From contig NC_087437.1 in assembly GCF_036321535.1 (NCBI RefSeq), forward strand, positions 103,666,001 through 103,730,000: a DNA stretch of 64,000 nt. The letters run 5' to 3'. Of this stretch, positions 26,806 to 41,225 are shown piece by piece. Positions within the stretch are counted from its first letter, which is position 1. Every line of letters starts with the position of its first letter. The position numbers were made by a program, and so were the translations under genes. This DNA is from Camelus dromedarius (lineage: Eukaryota). The notes below the pieces were generated by a model, which had not been told where the DNA came from, did no database searches, and was given only the letters and a program-made list of their open reading frames with translations.

Positions 26806-27849
26806 AAAATTATTTCTCATTTCATACAGACTTAGAACCTTATCTCTATGTCATAGTAATAATTTTGGTTTATAAATCATTTTCCAAAAACCTGGTATAT
26901 GTATGTATTGGTTGTTAAAACTTAATCTATTTATATCTTTATTCTTGGATTAGAAATGATCTGGTCACAAACATGTGATAAATGAGGAGAACTTCAAAAG
27001 CTTAGACGCATGGATCAAATACGTGTGCCTGTGTGTAATTTTGGATTAAGAAATAATAAAACATAATGGTAAAAGTTAGCCATTCACCTAGAAGCTGGAA
27101 GTATTTATATATATTGTTTGAACTGACAGAAGATACTAATGATCTTTTCCAAAATAAAATTAAAAGGATAAATTTCCAAATAAAAATGATGGATTGATAA
27201 AATGGATTTATATTCCTGCTCTGTCAAAACAGTCATAATATGATGATTACACACAAAAAGAAAAACATTCAAAATGAGCAGAAAATGAGTGACATCGGTT
27301 GCACAGAGACAAGACTTTTTGAACAACAGAAGAAATATGAGACGAGGTGATCAATAAACTCAAGTTGAGAAAGCTTCATTTCAGAACTTATAAAGAAGGA
27401 TAATCTGCATGGCCACGTAGGGAAGCAAGATTTGACAAAATCGTAAGTGACTCAAGAACTGTCAATAAAATTTGTGCTAGCCCTAGGTTTAGACTGGAAA
27501 ATAACTGCATGACAATTATGAAGAGATTTAACTTGGATTGGCGTCTTCCTGCTGGAAAGGTGATACCTGAGCTATATTCTACTCATTTTGACACATCTGT
27601 TTACCTGTGACCCAATTTACACCTTTAAATGAATCATCATGAAAACGCCCTAGGCACAACGCAAGCGGAAAGTGAGATGTCGTAACTGCAGAGAATTAGC
27701 AGAGAAATGGAAATCACAGTCAGGACCTCTATTAATCAACATAGCCTTTCACATATAAATAAAAACAGACCTAAATTTTACAAGACAGTTTTTTTTTTCA
27801 TAAGCAACGAAACAGGGAAAGGACAAAAAAGGAATAAACAGAAAAAATG

Positions 27850-28780
27850 GCCTTAAAATATTAAGACATAATTCAAAAGCAAGATGGTAATTTAAAAGTA
27901 AATATGTAAGCTGCCAAGCAATGTAATAATATATGATTGACAGTGGATCTCTTCATAACAAAAATGTACTCTAGAAGTTCCTAGAAAACACTCTCTAAGT
28001 TCTGAGAGAAATGCACTTATAATTTTAGGACTAATATAAAGAAAATGTATACATGACATACACTGTCTGGAAAAAACATTATATATGTATTCTAGCAAGC
28101 AAAAGAAGGAATCTAAGATAGAAGAAGGCATGAGATATAATTAAAAAAATATCTGAAGCAGGAGAGAGAGAAAAAAATCCAACATGTCAACTGTACAAAA
28201 GCTTAGCACAGTAGTCATCTGTGTTACATTATTTAGCAAGTAATATAATTAAAAGTAGTACAGAAAAATTGTAAAGTTCATATGTCTCTTGTAATAATCA
28301 TAAAAAAGAGAAGAATTGATATACTAGTGTATGAGGGTCGGAAGGGAAAAATTATAAAAGAAACTCATAGCACTAACTTGATTCTGGACAAATGATGGCT
28401 TGGGACAATAAACAATTATTTACATACTCAAAGTATTATGATCATTCTTTTCAGGTTTTTAGAATCAACGTATGTACAAATCATTCATGACAATTAAATT
28501 TGCAAAAGATGTAAATACTGTGAAACTTAATGTAAAATGTATTTATAATTTAGAAAATTTGATGGGGCTAATAAGAGTTAGAAAAATTGTGACTATGATG
28601 GAGTGCCAACTTAAAAGGTCTAATCTTATTGAAAGAAGGTATAAAGTTTTAAGGATATTATTTAGAAGTAATAAAATTACTCTTAGGAAGAACAAGCATG
28701 AAAATTTTATAAACATGAATTGGAGGAGCTTAAAAATTCTTTAATTGAATAAACATCTAAACTGAAAGAAACTTTCAACA
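27850..28780 (+). mobile_element. Ancient L1/HAL1 ORF1 3' and inter-ORF remnant
   Basis: A-rich text, e.g. ctaagttctgagagaaatgcacttataattttaggactaatat. Confidence 0.45.
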
Positions 28781-28849
28781 GAGTAATTATTTATCAGAAA
28801 GGCAATTCCTTTCTCTTTAAAATGTTTCTATATTTAAAGATGAAAACTT

Positions 28850-31185
28850 ATGAAACATTTGCAAATATACAAAGAATAACAGCAACCAATAATGTAACAT
28901 TTATGCAGATTTAAACAAATGTCAATATTAAACCATACTTTCTAATCTCTATTGAGATAGAGTCACTGACTTATATTTATTGGGTACGTACTCTTCTATG
29001 ATGTTATACTTTTGCACAGTTTTTTCCCATTTGTAACATGTAATTTTATAATCTATAAATAACAATTTTGCTGTACACATCACTTTACAACTTGCTTTTT
29101 TCACTCATGGTTTTCAGAATTCATCAATTTTTATGTATCCAAACCTAGCTCGCTCTTCTTTCTTAATTCTGCATGATGGTGGTACATTCATAGAATATTA
29201 ATATGATATAAATATACCATAATCTATTTATCCATTCCTTTCCCAACATCCCTTTAGATTGCTTTTTTTTTTTTTTTTTTTTTTTTGCTATTTCCAAGCT
29301 TACAGTAATACTGTTACTGTACATCTCCCTTTGAGACTGTGATAGGAACTGGGAATTGAAAGTTATAAAATATGCCAAGTTGCTTTCCTAAATTGCTGTA
29401 ATGATTCACGCTCCCACAGTTCATGAGAATTCACACTTGCAACATGTACACAGCAGAAAGGTAACAGCAGATCAGTGTGAAATGCTATTTTTTGGTTGTA
29501 GTTTTCATTTCCCTCCTTTGTCATGATGTGCAAATTTCGCCTGCTATTACCAATTTAGGTTTTTATCTCGGGAATTTCTAGGTCACAATATACTTGGCCA
29601 TTTTTTTCTTTTGTTGAGCTCACTTACTTTATATTTCATAGGATTAATATTTGCAATGTCAATAGTTTTTGAAATGTTTGCTTGGAAAATGCCTTTTGCA
29701 GTCTCCAGTGTGTCTCCAAAATTAGTTCATAATTTTACTCTAACATTTATTTAAATGTTTTAACACATCAAGTACTCCTTTTGTTTTATGATCATTTTGC
29801 TTTAGAAATACATTGATATCCTAGTATTAAAAACACATTATATTTCTATCCCAATACTTCTGCTTTTTACATTTCAGTCTTTAACCTACTTAGAATTGAA
29901 GACCCATGTAATTTATGCAATAACTCTTTGCCATATAAGTTTTGCAGTTGCCATAGTATTCTTTATTCTATCCTTTTTTATGACTGATGTTCATTGTAAG
30001 CTGTCATATCTGAAGATTCTGTACATTTGTACTTATATGTCTGCATTTTCTATCCTGTCTAACTGATCTTTTTTTCTGTGAAATTTTCATTGTTATATCT
30101 GTATGGTATGTTGTTGGATAAGTACTTACTTCCTATGAAATTGTTTAATACTAGATGTTTTTAAGAGAAATGTATACATATCACATTATATATAAAATTT
30201 AAATATACATGTTTATAGAAATATATTCATGTATATTGCTTTGTGTATTCAAAAGTACATGTAGACATGAATATATTTACATAGATTCAAATATATGTAT
30301 ACAAGAATACGTATACAAGTATATTTACACTTTAAAAAATTATTTATATATTTTATATATATGAGGGAACATATATATATTTTTTCTGTTTAATTTTAAA
30401 TGGTTTATGTTTCTCAAATACTTTTAATTATAATTTTAACTTAGTTTTAAGATTGTTGTTAATTTTTCCACAATAGCCACTGATTTTTTTAAATATTTAT
30501 ACTCAAAATTTCTGTCTTGCATAATTTGTATCATTTTCTGTTTTGTCTCTTGGTCAAATATATCAGAGTGTACCTACTTTGTTACTCAAAGCAAATAAAC
30601 AACTTTTGGTATTGTAGATCTTCTATATTTTTTATTTCTATTTAATTCATTTCTGCTGTTATATTTAGTGTTTTCTTAGTTTTACATTCTTGGTTTGGCT
30701 CAATCATTTTTCCCTTTCTTTTTGAGATAGTTGCCTAATTTACCTTCCAAACATTTACTTTTATGGTACAAACTGCCTCCATTTACTCCACTACTTCAAC
30801 CCATAGGAACTGTTTTATTTATATTGTTTTTAAATTATAAATTATTCATGATTTTTATTTTAATTTAATCTTTGTCCTGTTATTTATTTATGAATATATT
30901 TCAATATTTCACAGTTTATGAGACAACTGGAATGATAATTTTCACTGATGTCAAAGAATAACTGTAATCCAGTTCCTTTGGAATACACTGAGTTTTCTTT
31001 TCTGACTTAGTCTGTGAACAACAATTGAAGAAGTCTACGTGCGATTATTTTAAAAATGTATATACTTCCATTTTTGAAGGATTTGTTTTGTATTAATTAG
31101 TTGATAATATTCTGCAAGTTACTGATATTCTTACTTCTTCATACTTTACCAGTTTCAGAGAGATCTAGGCTAACCTATCACATTG
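28850..31185 (-). mobile_element. Ancient L1ME-like element (3' UTR to ORF2), decayed
   Basis: caacttgcttttttcactca, taccataatctatttatccattc, tttttacatttcagtctttaacctacttagaattga; AT-rich simple-sequence insert at about 30150-30400. Confidence 0.7.
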
Positions 31186-33958
31186 TTTCTAGACATATAG
31201 CCTGCCAAGACTGAATCAAGAAGAAATTGACAATTTGAACAGACCAATCACTAGATAGGAAATTGAACTTGCAATTAAAAGAAAAAAAAAAAAAAACCTA
31301 CCAGAAAACAAAAGTCCAGGATGGCTTCACAGGAGAATTCTACCAAATTCATAAAGAAGAACTAATATCTATCTTTCTCAAAATATTCCAAAAAACTGAA
31401 GAAGGGACACTCATAAATTTATTCAATGAGGCCACCATTACCTTGATAGCAAAATCAAAGACACAGCCACAACAAAACTATAGGCCAATATCTTTGATGA
31501 CTATAGATGCAAAAATCTTCAACAAAATATTAGCAAACTGAATCCAGTAGTATATGAGGAGGATCAAACACCATGATCAAGTCTGATTTATTCCAGTGTC
31601 TCAGGATGGGTTAACATTCCCAAATCAGTCAATGTGATACACCACATTAACAAAAGGAAGGATAAAAATCACATGATTATTTCAACAGATTCAGAACAAG
31701 CATCTGACAAAATTAAACACCCATTCATGATAAAAACTCTCATCAAAATGGGTATAAACAAGAAAAAGATCATTTATATCCAGCCCACGGCCAATATTAT
31801 ACTCAAGGGTAAAAAACTGAAGCTTTCCCAATGAATCTGGGGAAAAGGATGCCCATTCTTGCCACTTCTATTTAACATAGTGTTAGAAATCCTAGCCATA
31901 ACAATCAGACAGGAAAAGAAATAAAAAGTATCCAAATTAAAAAGGAAGAGGTAAAATTGTCACTGTTTATAGACAACATGATACTTTAGGTCTCCAACCC
32001 AAAACTCCTAGAAATAATAAATAAACTCAGACAAGATGCAGGGTACAAGATTAATTTACAGAAATCTGTTGCATTTCTATATACTAATAATGAACTAACA
32101 GAAAAGGAAGTAAAAACTAAACATACCATCTAAAATTGCATCAAAAAGAATAAAATACCTAGTGATAAACGTAACGAAAGAGGTGAAAGACCTAAACTCT
32201 GAAAAATATAAAACAAAGCAAAGAAGATTGAATATGACACAAAGAAATGGAAAGATAGCCCATGCTCTTGGATTGGGAAAATTAATATTATTCAAATGAC
32301 CATACTATCCAAAGCAATCTACAGTTTTAATGGAATCCCTATCAAAACACCCACGGCATTTTTCACAGAACTAGAAAAATCAGTCCTAAAATTAAGATGG
32401 AACCACAAAAGACCCCAAAGTGCCACATGAGAAAAAAAGAACTGAACTGGTGGAATAACTTTCCCAGACTTCAGACTATATACGGTACAATGCTACAGTA
32501 ATCCAGATAGTATGGTACTGGCATAAAACCAGACACATAGATGAATGGCACAGGATAGAGCCGAGAAATAAACCCACACACCTATGGTCTATTAATCTGT
32601 GATAAAGGAAATAAGAATACATAATGGAGAAAACATAGTCTCTTCAACAAGTGGTGCTGGGAAAACTGGACAGCCACATGTAAAACAATGAGATTATAAC
32701 AATTCCTCACACTATATACAAAAATAAACTCAAAATTGTTTAAGGGACTAAATGTAAGAATGGAAACTGCAAATTTCCCACAAGACAACATAGAACACAA
32801 TTTGACATAAATCATAGCAATGCTTTTTGGATCTGTCTCCTAAGACAACAGACATAAAAGCAAAATTAAGAAATTAGTCCTAATTAAATTAAAAAGCTTT
32901 TGCACAGCAAAGGAAATCACTGACAAAGTGAAAAGACAACATATAGAATGGGAAAAAATATTTGCAAATAATGTGACTGACAAAGGGTTAATATCCAAAA
33001 TACATATATAGCTCATACAACTCAATTAAAAAAAAATAAAAAGTGGGCCAAAAATACGAATAGACATTTTTCTAAAGAAGACATACAGATGGCTAACAGG
33101 CATGTAAAGTGATGCTCAACATTGCTAATTAGAGAAACGCAAATCAAAAACAGCAATGAGGTTACACCTCACACCTATCAGAATGGCTTTTATTGAAAAG
33201 TCTACAAATAATAAATGTTTGAAAGGATATCAAGAAAAGGGAACACTTGTACACTGTTGGAATGTAAATCGGTGCAGTCACTATGGAAAACAGTATGGAG
33301 ATCGCTCAAAAAACTAAAAATAGAACTACCATAGGATCCAACAATTCCACTCCTGGGTATATATCTGGAAAAAACTAAAGTACTAATTTGAAAAGCTACA
33401 TGCACCCTAATGTTCATAGCAGCACAATTTATAAAAGCCAAGACCCAGAAACAACTCAAATGTTCATCAACAGATATTTTGAGTAAGAAGATGTCTTCAT
33501 ATTTTATACACACACACAATGGAATATTAGCCATATAAAAGAATAAAATTCTGCCTTTGTAGTAACATCAATGGACCTAAAGAATATGCTTAGTAAAATA
33601 AATCAGATAGAGAAAGACAAATACTGTATAATATCACTTATATGAGGAATCTAAAAAAACATACAAATGAATGTCCATGCAAAACATAAACAGACTTACA
33701 GATATAGAAAAACAAACTGCGATTACCAAAGGGGAGAAGGCAGTGGGGAGGGATTAATTAGGGGTATGGGACAGATACAAACTACTGTGTATTAAATTGA
33801 TAAGCCACAAGGATATACTGCATAGCACAGGGAATTATACCCATTATCTTGTAATAATCTATAATGGAATATATCTGCAAAAATACTGAATCACTATGCT
33901 GTACACCAGAAACTAATGTAATATTTTAAATCAACCATACTTCAAAAAAAAAAAAAAA
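31186..33958 (+). mobile_element. 5'-truncated younger L1, ORF2 RT/C-terminal region plus 3' UTR and poly(A); inactivated
   Basis: ORF debris DGFTGEFYQ...[39 protein letters not shown]; catalytic FADD decayed to FIDN near 31966; poly(A) 33944-33958. Confidence 0.97.
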
Positions 33959-33959
33959 G

Positions 33960-35400
33960 AATGTGATACTTGCACAAAAACAGACACATTGATCAATGAT
34001 ACTGAACAGAATCCAGAAATAAACCCATGCTAATATTATCAATCAATCTATGACAAAGGAGGCAAGGGTATACAATGGGGGAAAGATAATCTCTTCGATA
34101 AATGGTGTTGGATAAACTGGACAGCACATGCAAAAGAATGAAACTGGATCACTTTCATACACCATATACAAAAATCAACTCAAAATAGATTAAAGACTTA
34201 AATGCAAGACTTGAAACCATAAACTTCCTGAAAGAAAGCAGACAGTAAGCTCTTTGACATTGGTATTACAAATATTTTTTTGGATTTGTCTCATCAGGCA
34301 AGGGCAACAAAAACAAAGATAAATAAATGGGACTATAGCACACTGAAAAGCTTTTTCACATCAAAGGAAACCATACTCAAAATGAAAAGGAAGCTTACTA
34401 AACTGGAGAGTATATTTGCAAATGATGTACAAGATAAGGAGTAGATATCCACAATATATAAATACTTACATAACTCAGTAACAAAAATTAATAAATAACC
34501 AGGCTAAAAGTGGGCAGAGGCCCTGAATAGATATGTTTCTAAAGAAGACATAGAGCTGGCCAATAGGCACATGAAAGGGAGCTCAACATCATAATCATCA
34601 GGGAAATGCAAATCAAAATTACAATGAGAGACCACCTCACACACGTCAGAATGGCTATTATCAAAAATATGAGAAACAAGTGTTGGCAAGTAGGTTGGGA
34701 AAAAAAATGGTGCACTCTAGATGGGAATGTATATTGGTGTAGCCTCTATGAAAAAGTATGGAGGGTTCTTTCTCAAGAAAATAAACTCGAACTGTCATAT
34801 GATCCAGCAATTCTACTTCTGAGTATTTATCAGAAGAAAGCAGAAGTGTCCATGGACAGATGACTGGATAAAGAGAATGTGGGATATGTGTATGTGTGTG
34901 TATATATGTGTGTGTGTGTACACATACTACATAAAAGCTGTATGAGAGAATGAAATCTTGCCACTTGTTCCAACATGAATGGACCTAAAGGATGTTATGC
35001 TAAGTGACAAAAGTCAGACAGGGAAAAACAAGTACAGTATAATTTCACTTATATGTTGACTCTAAAAAAACCAAAATGAACACACAAAACTAAACAGAAA
35101 TAGCCTCATAGACACTGGCGATTGACAGAATGGAAAGGGGTGGGAAGATGGGTAAAACAGATGAAGGGGATTAAGAGGGACTAACTTCCAGTTATAAAAT
35201 ACTAAGTCACAGGGATGTAATATACAAATAGGAATATAGTAAATAAGATTTTCATAATTCTGTACAGTGAGAGATGGTAACTGGTCTTAATAAGGTGATT
35301 ATTTTATAATGTATAAAAATATTGAATCACTATGTTGTACACCTGAAATTAATATAATATTTAATGTTAATTATAACTCAATAAGAAATAATTTTAAAAA
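33960..35400 (+). mobile_element. Second 5'-truncated L1 (L1MA-like), ORF2 end plus 3' UTR
   Basis: MQIKITMRDHLTHVRMAIIK ORF debris; 3' UTR distinct from the preceding copy, with A-rich tail. Confidence 0.95.
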
Positions 35401-35521
35401 TTTTAAATATAAATTCTTCTAAAGAAGATTCTGTTTCATGTTTAAAATATTGAAGAAGTTGCTACAGTTTAGTATTTATATGTAATGACCATAGATGTCA
35501 AATATATGCTTCAGTTTCAGA

Positions 35522-35700
35522 GATTCATTAATTCATTCAGCAACCATTAATTGAAATTTCCTTTCTCTCTGTGCTAGGAACTAGTTAAATATTGCTGGAA
35601 AAAAAGAAGAAAAAAGAGGTTCGTGGCCATTGAGAGCTCTAAGTCAGTGGGAAAAGTGTGAAATAAGTGAGAAAGTATATAACTAATTATAAGTTTATAA
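35522..35700 (-). mobile_element. L2 3' end
   Basis: attcattcagcaaccattaattga...tgtgctaggaactag. Confidence 0.6.
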
Positions 35701-38619
35701 ATAATGGGTTGATTTTAAGGTGGTAGTTCCCCCAATTTAGCTAGATACAAGGTCAAAATTCCTGACTACTCCTAGTTCAATTTTTTTATTACTTGAATCA
35801 TAGTGGTCTTATTTAATTTTGAGATTTTAAATATCAAACATAACAAATGGAAACGTTAGAAGCCTTTTGCAGGTAGACATCATCATGATCATTGTCATCA
35901 TCATCTTAGCTGACATCTTATTGCTCAAAATCCTTTGTGGTAAAATACACTGCAGTTCAGTGGAAAATGATGGAAAATTTTGTAAATCTAACCTTACACT
36001 GGAAAAGATAGCCTCATTGGAAATGCTTTCAGAAGAAAGATAAATAAATTTTATGAATTTTCTTTAGATATTTCCATTACTGTCTGAAAGCCATCTGTCT
36101 AATCTAAAAATAAATTACATGAATTTCCCCTTTTAAGGAAACTGAGAGTATGTACTTTGTTTTTTTCAAAATCCAAGAGCCAGTTTTCTCTGACAAAGAA
36201 AAACAAGGCAATACTTACTGCTGCATTTTTTAAGCATGCAAACACAAGACGTAAAGAGACAGCTTACAAGTTTGCTGGAAATTTTCATTTTTAAGAAGTT
36301 TTGTCTTGTCGTCTAAAGAAGAAAAAATTAAGGCTCATATGTCAATCCAAACAATATAAAATAAACAGCATAAAAAGAACCCAGATGTGAGAAGGAATGC
36401 AAATCACCATACTAAGAAGCTGAGAAAATTACTCAGCAGGATCCAAAAATAATTAGGAACTGAGTGAGCATATTGGTAAAATATTAAAAGTACTTTGAAA
36501 ACTTTAAAGTGACAATAAATTGAGTAGATTTTTTTTTTCTTTTTGGACAGTATGATGAGCTTTTTTTGAAAATAGATTAACAGTGGGGGTTGACAGTTGT
36601 TGCAATATTTATTTTTCTTTTTGAATAAAACAGAACTAAAGAGTAAGGTTTATGTGAAATTAAGTCCTACTACATAGAAGCGTTTTAATATGCTTGAGCA
36701 CTGTCTACACTAGAATTCAGGGACAGAGAACATCAGAAATTTCAGCCACAAATATGCTTGGTTTATCTAGATTTCTAGACTTAGAAAACAAACAAATACA
36801 AAAAATGAAAAAAGCAAAACAAACAAAACCTCTCAAAATTAGAGTTCTTTAGGGCAGAGTTCTAAAAATGTGTTACTGCCTCCATTTTAATAGAATTAGG
36901 ACTTTTTAAATCTTTTTTGTTTGATGGATCATAAAAATAAACAATATTTCTTACCGAGGTATATTAATAAAGATTAGCAAAGATGTCAGCTATAATAAAT
37001 TCTTCCAATTACAGTGAAAAACTAAATTTTCAATTTTGTTGGTGGGTTAAAATTTGGAGTGATATTAGAACTGAACGAATATTTTAAAAGCATGTGTTAA
37101 TATGTATTTTTCATTAATGAATATTTCAAGTTATAAGGTAATAATGTTTCTCAATTTCAAGGAGTTTCAGAGGAAGATTAAAAAAAACTATGAGGTGAGT
37201 AATCAGAGAATAAAGATGAATTGGATAGGGTAGAACTATGTGTCTAAAGAGAAAAATGAAGTAGACTAACAAATCACATTTTACCCAAAGAGTTTATAGA
37301 TGGATGCTGAAGAAACTGACATAGTCCATAAACGAGTCCAACAGACAACAAAGATGAAATAGTTAAATGCAGCAAATGCTATTTAGAAACTTCATTGCTC
37401 TTTGAATGTTGAAACTGAGTAATTTAAATATAACATTCCATGTTTCTCTGCCCTTCCTCCCACATTCTATCCTGGTTCCCCTAATTATTTCTAAATGACT
37501 AAGCTGTACAGTCATCTGAAATCTATTCTGTATCAATTTTTCTCCATTTCTTCTCAGGATACCTTTGTTGATATGGTCGGGAGAGCCACAGATAGAGGAC
37601 TTACCAATAGTGTTACTTCTTGCATGTTACTGATTCCTCCCCAAATAACATTTTATCACCGACATGTCATACTAAAACCACCCTGCTCAGATGTAGAGAA
37701 TCTTTTTCCAGTATCTTAGACTCATTTAAAGCGTATATGTGTATGCAGTGTCAATTTGTCTAGCTAAACAAAAGAAGTGATGGCCTGAAATTTCAAACCT
37801 CTCTGAGTGACCCTTTTTTTCTATTTCTCTTCCTAAGGGCTTCCTATCTAAGACTTAGACAAGAATCATGCTGGGTGGCTAGTGGACCAATTTCTCAAAC
37901 TCCCTGTGGCCACAATGTTCCTCTCACCTGGTGTGTGGACCGTTTGGCAGGTGCTTGGATCCTTTCTGCCAATCTCGTCTCAACTCTTGTGCAACCACAT
38001 ACTCTCCTGTGTGGAAATTAGTTGACTGGCACAAGACCAGTGTTTCATTTTGAACTTTGATTACATGAGGTTAATTGTCCTTGGTGCTGCCTAACAGCCA
38101 TTTGTTTTTTAAAACCTAAGCTAAATAGAATTTTAAAACATCTCTTCCTTTTTAGTTGCTACACTTGAAAAACTAATTATAATGCCTGAACCATAATCAT
38201 GAGGCAGTAAAATTAAACTTCATTCAATGACCAGAAATATCTAAAAGAAAATGTCAATTTTTTTACTTGTTATGAGTCTTCAAATCTGAAAAAAAAATAA
38301 GATAGCTTTGTAGGACAAGTCAGTATGAATATTTTGAGGCTGTTTATATACAAAAAACTAAATGAACTGTTCACTTTTGTATAAGTGTGAGTGTCTGTTT
38401 TACACCACTTCTTATCTGCAATATTCTTCAGGGCAGTCATAATATCGTCAGTTTTATGATTGTAAATTTCAAGAAATCTTGCCATGAGGTTGTACAAATG
38501 AAACTTTAAAAACATGAATTACTACTAGCATTGGTTTTCATAAATCTTTACCAATGAGTTAACATTATTTTGTTGTGGATTTCAGCAAACTATGGCCAAT
38601 GGACCAAATCTAGCAAATC

Positions 38620-40110
38620 ACTGGCTATAGATTTATTTCTCTAACATACTTAAGACTAGAGGGAATAATAGATCCCAACATCCAACCTCAGTAATTGTCA
38701 GCATGTTACTAATCTGGTTTTATCTATCCATCTCCATCTCAAAGCAACGCCTATATTACTGTTTCACCTGTAATTTCTTTAGTGAGTAGCTCTAAAAGAT
38801 AAGATTATTATTAACATAAAGTATATAACAAAATTAAAAACAGTTTCTTAGTATCTAATTCTTGTCCATGCTCAAATTTTTCTCATTATGTCATTAATGT
38901 ATTTTTATGTTTGGGTTTTGAATCAGGATCCAGACTGACCCACTATTGCATTTATTTGCTGTGTCTTTTCAATCTCTTCCATTTCATAGGAATCCTCGAT
39001 TCTTTAAATTTTTTTGTCACTTTGTGGAAGAAACTAGTCATTCATTCTGTTGACTCATATTCTTGATTTGGCGATTTCATCACTACAGTGCTGTTTCTGT
39101 CTCTGTCTGTCTGTCTCTTGAGAGCCATTTGTTTCTATATCTATATTTTATATCTATATATATTTTATATGTTTTTTTAATTGAAGTATAGTCACAGTGT
39201 ATCAATTTCTGATGTACAGCATAATGTTTAAGTCATACATGTACATACATATATTCATTTTCATGTGCTTTTTCATTATAGGTTACTAAAAGATATTGAA
39301 CATAGTTCCTGTGCTATACAGAAGAAATTTGTTTTTTTAAATCTATTTTATATATAGTAGTTAATATTTGCAAACCTCAGACTCCAAAGTTATCCCTTCC
39401 CATCCCTGTTCCTCCCCAGTAACCATAAGATTATTTACTGTCTGTAAGTCTATTTCTGTTTTGTAGATGAGTTCACACAGGAGGCTCACAGGGACCCTGC
39501 CAATATTTTTAATCCCTATAATTCTGTAAAATGGCATTTAGACCTAGAGTCTAGATTCACTGGATCCAATTCACTGGGAAAAATAAATTTGTTAACTTCC
39601 TATTGCATCATTCAGGAGACATATACTGTCTGGTCATCATGATTTTAGTGTTGTTAATGAGGATCAGTAAGTTTAGATGTTGTCAGCTTTATCTATTGAC
39701 AACTTCCCCATTAATCTTTCACCAACTAACAGTGATTGATGATAGTTTCCTAGAGCCACTAATTCATTAACATTTGCAAAAAGGTAACTCTCTGATGCTA
39801 TCATTCTTTCTGAATTTATTACTTGGAAGTCTTCAATAAAGAATTTTCCATCACCAGCTATTTGCTTACCTTGAAATCAGACTATATAAGGAAGGTAAAA
39901 TAAAAGCTTGATTATTTCTTATTATTGATAATTTGATTGTCTTTTGATATTTATTAATGATACTTAATCAATATCTAAAAGAATTCATTGAACCCCTAGG
40001 ACTCTCCAGTATGACAAATAGATTTTAAGGTATAATTAAGGTTTTGATTTTGATATGCTGTTTGATATATGCCAATCCACTGTAGGCATTCATTTTTGCT
40101 GCTCAAATTC
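38620..40110 (-). mobile_element. Old L1 (L1MC/ME) 3' UTR, interrupted by a younger L1
   Basis: tttgaatcaggatccagactgacccactattgcattt...cattctttctgaatttattacttggaa. Confidence 0.65.
39172..39475 (-). mobile_element. Young artiodactyl/camelid-type L1 3' end
   Basis: ttttttaattgaagtatagtc...gatattgaacatagttcctgtgctatacag...gtctatttctgttttgtagatgagttca. Confidence 0.9.
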
Positions 40111-40665
40111 TGACAGGCAGATTTCTTAGATGGCTCAGAGATTCCAATACCTTGGCCTGTATGCCCTGTATGAACTCCTCTTGAGTATTAGTGAGACCTA
40201 TAAACATGATGGGATATCAGACACTACAAATGGCATTTTGCAGATTTAATTAAGTCAATAATTAGTTGACTGAGTTAATAAAAATGGAAGTCACACTTGG
40301 TGAGCAACCCTTAAAAGAGACAGTAAGCAGCAGCAGACACCACCAGGATGGACTGGGAGGAAGCCAACGACCATGTGGGCTTCGTTTATGAGGACACACA
40401 GCAAGGAAGTTTTCAGGACCTGCGAGCAGTTCCCCAGAAACAATCAACAGATAAAACAGAAACAGGGACAACCATCCCATAAGAAGAATAACCAGTGAAC
40501 GTTGAAGAAATCTGCAAGCCTCAGTAAAATTTCAGATCCAATCAGTACTCAAATTTCCATCTGGTGAGAACTCTCAGTAACGGATACAGATCCCATAGAA
40601 ACTGAGAATTTTTTTAATGTTATTTTAATAACTAAATTTATGATAATTTGTCATGTGACAAAATT
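40110..40665 (+). mobile_element. MaLR LTR (MLT1E-like)
   Basis: ggcagatttcttagatggctc...attttgcagatttaattaag...cccatagaaactgaga...actaaatttatgataatttgtcatg. Confidence 0.7.
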
Positions 40666-40674
40666 TCACACTTT

Positions 40675-41225
40675 TTCATGATAAAAACACTCAACAAACT
40701 AGCAATACAAAGAAACTACATCAGCACAATAGAAGTCATATAGGGAAAAAACACATCAAGCATCATATTCAGTAGTGAAAGACTAAAGGCTTTCCCCTTA
40801 AGATCAGAAACAGGACAAGGGTGCCTTTTTTTTAATACTTCCAGTCAACTTAGTGCTGGAAGGAAAATTCTTTTACAAAGCAACAACATGGATGAACCTT
40901 GAGGATAATTTGCTGAGTGAAATAACCCAGTCACAAAAAGGCAAATTTCATATGATTTCACTTACATGAGGTACTTAGAATAGTCAAAATCATAGTAACA
41001 GGAAGTAGAATGATGGTTGCCAGGGCTGGGGAATGGCGGAACTGGTGGATTTATTGCTGGACAAAGTTTTAGTTGTGCTAGATGAAAAGTTCTGGAGATT
41101 GATGGTAGTGATTTTGCACCACAACATGAATGTACTTTATACCACGGAATTGTATATTTAAGAATGGTTAGGATAATAAATTTCATGTTACATGTATTTT
41201 ACCACAAAAAGAAAACTGAAAAAAA
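40675..41225 (+). mobile_element. L1MB-like element: short RT fragment fused to 3' UTR
   Basis: catgataaaaacactcaacaaactag...aagatcagaaacaggacaagggtgcc, then caacatggatgaaccttgagga...gatgaaaagttctggagat. Confidence 0.9.

Noticed and set aside
31176..33968. 9-bp inverted repeat flanking the L1 (tatcacatt/aatgtgata)
   Set aside because: Each arm is explained by the neighbouring L1 sequences.
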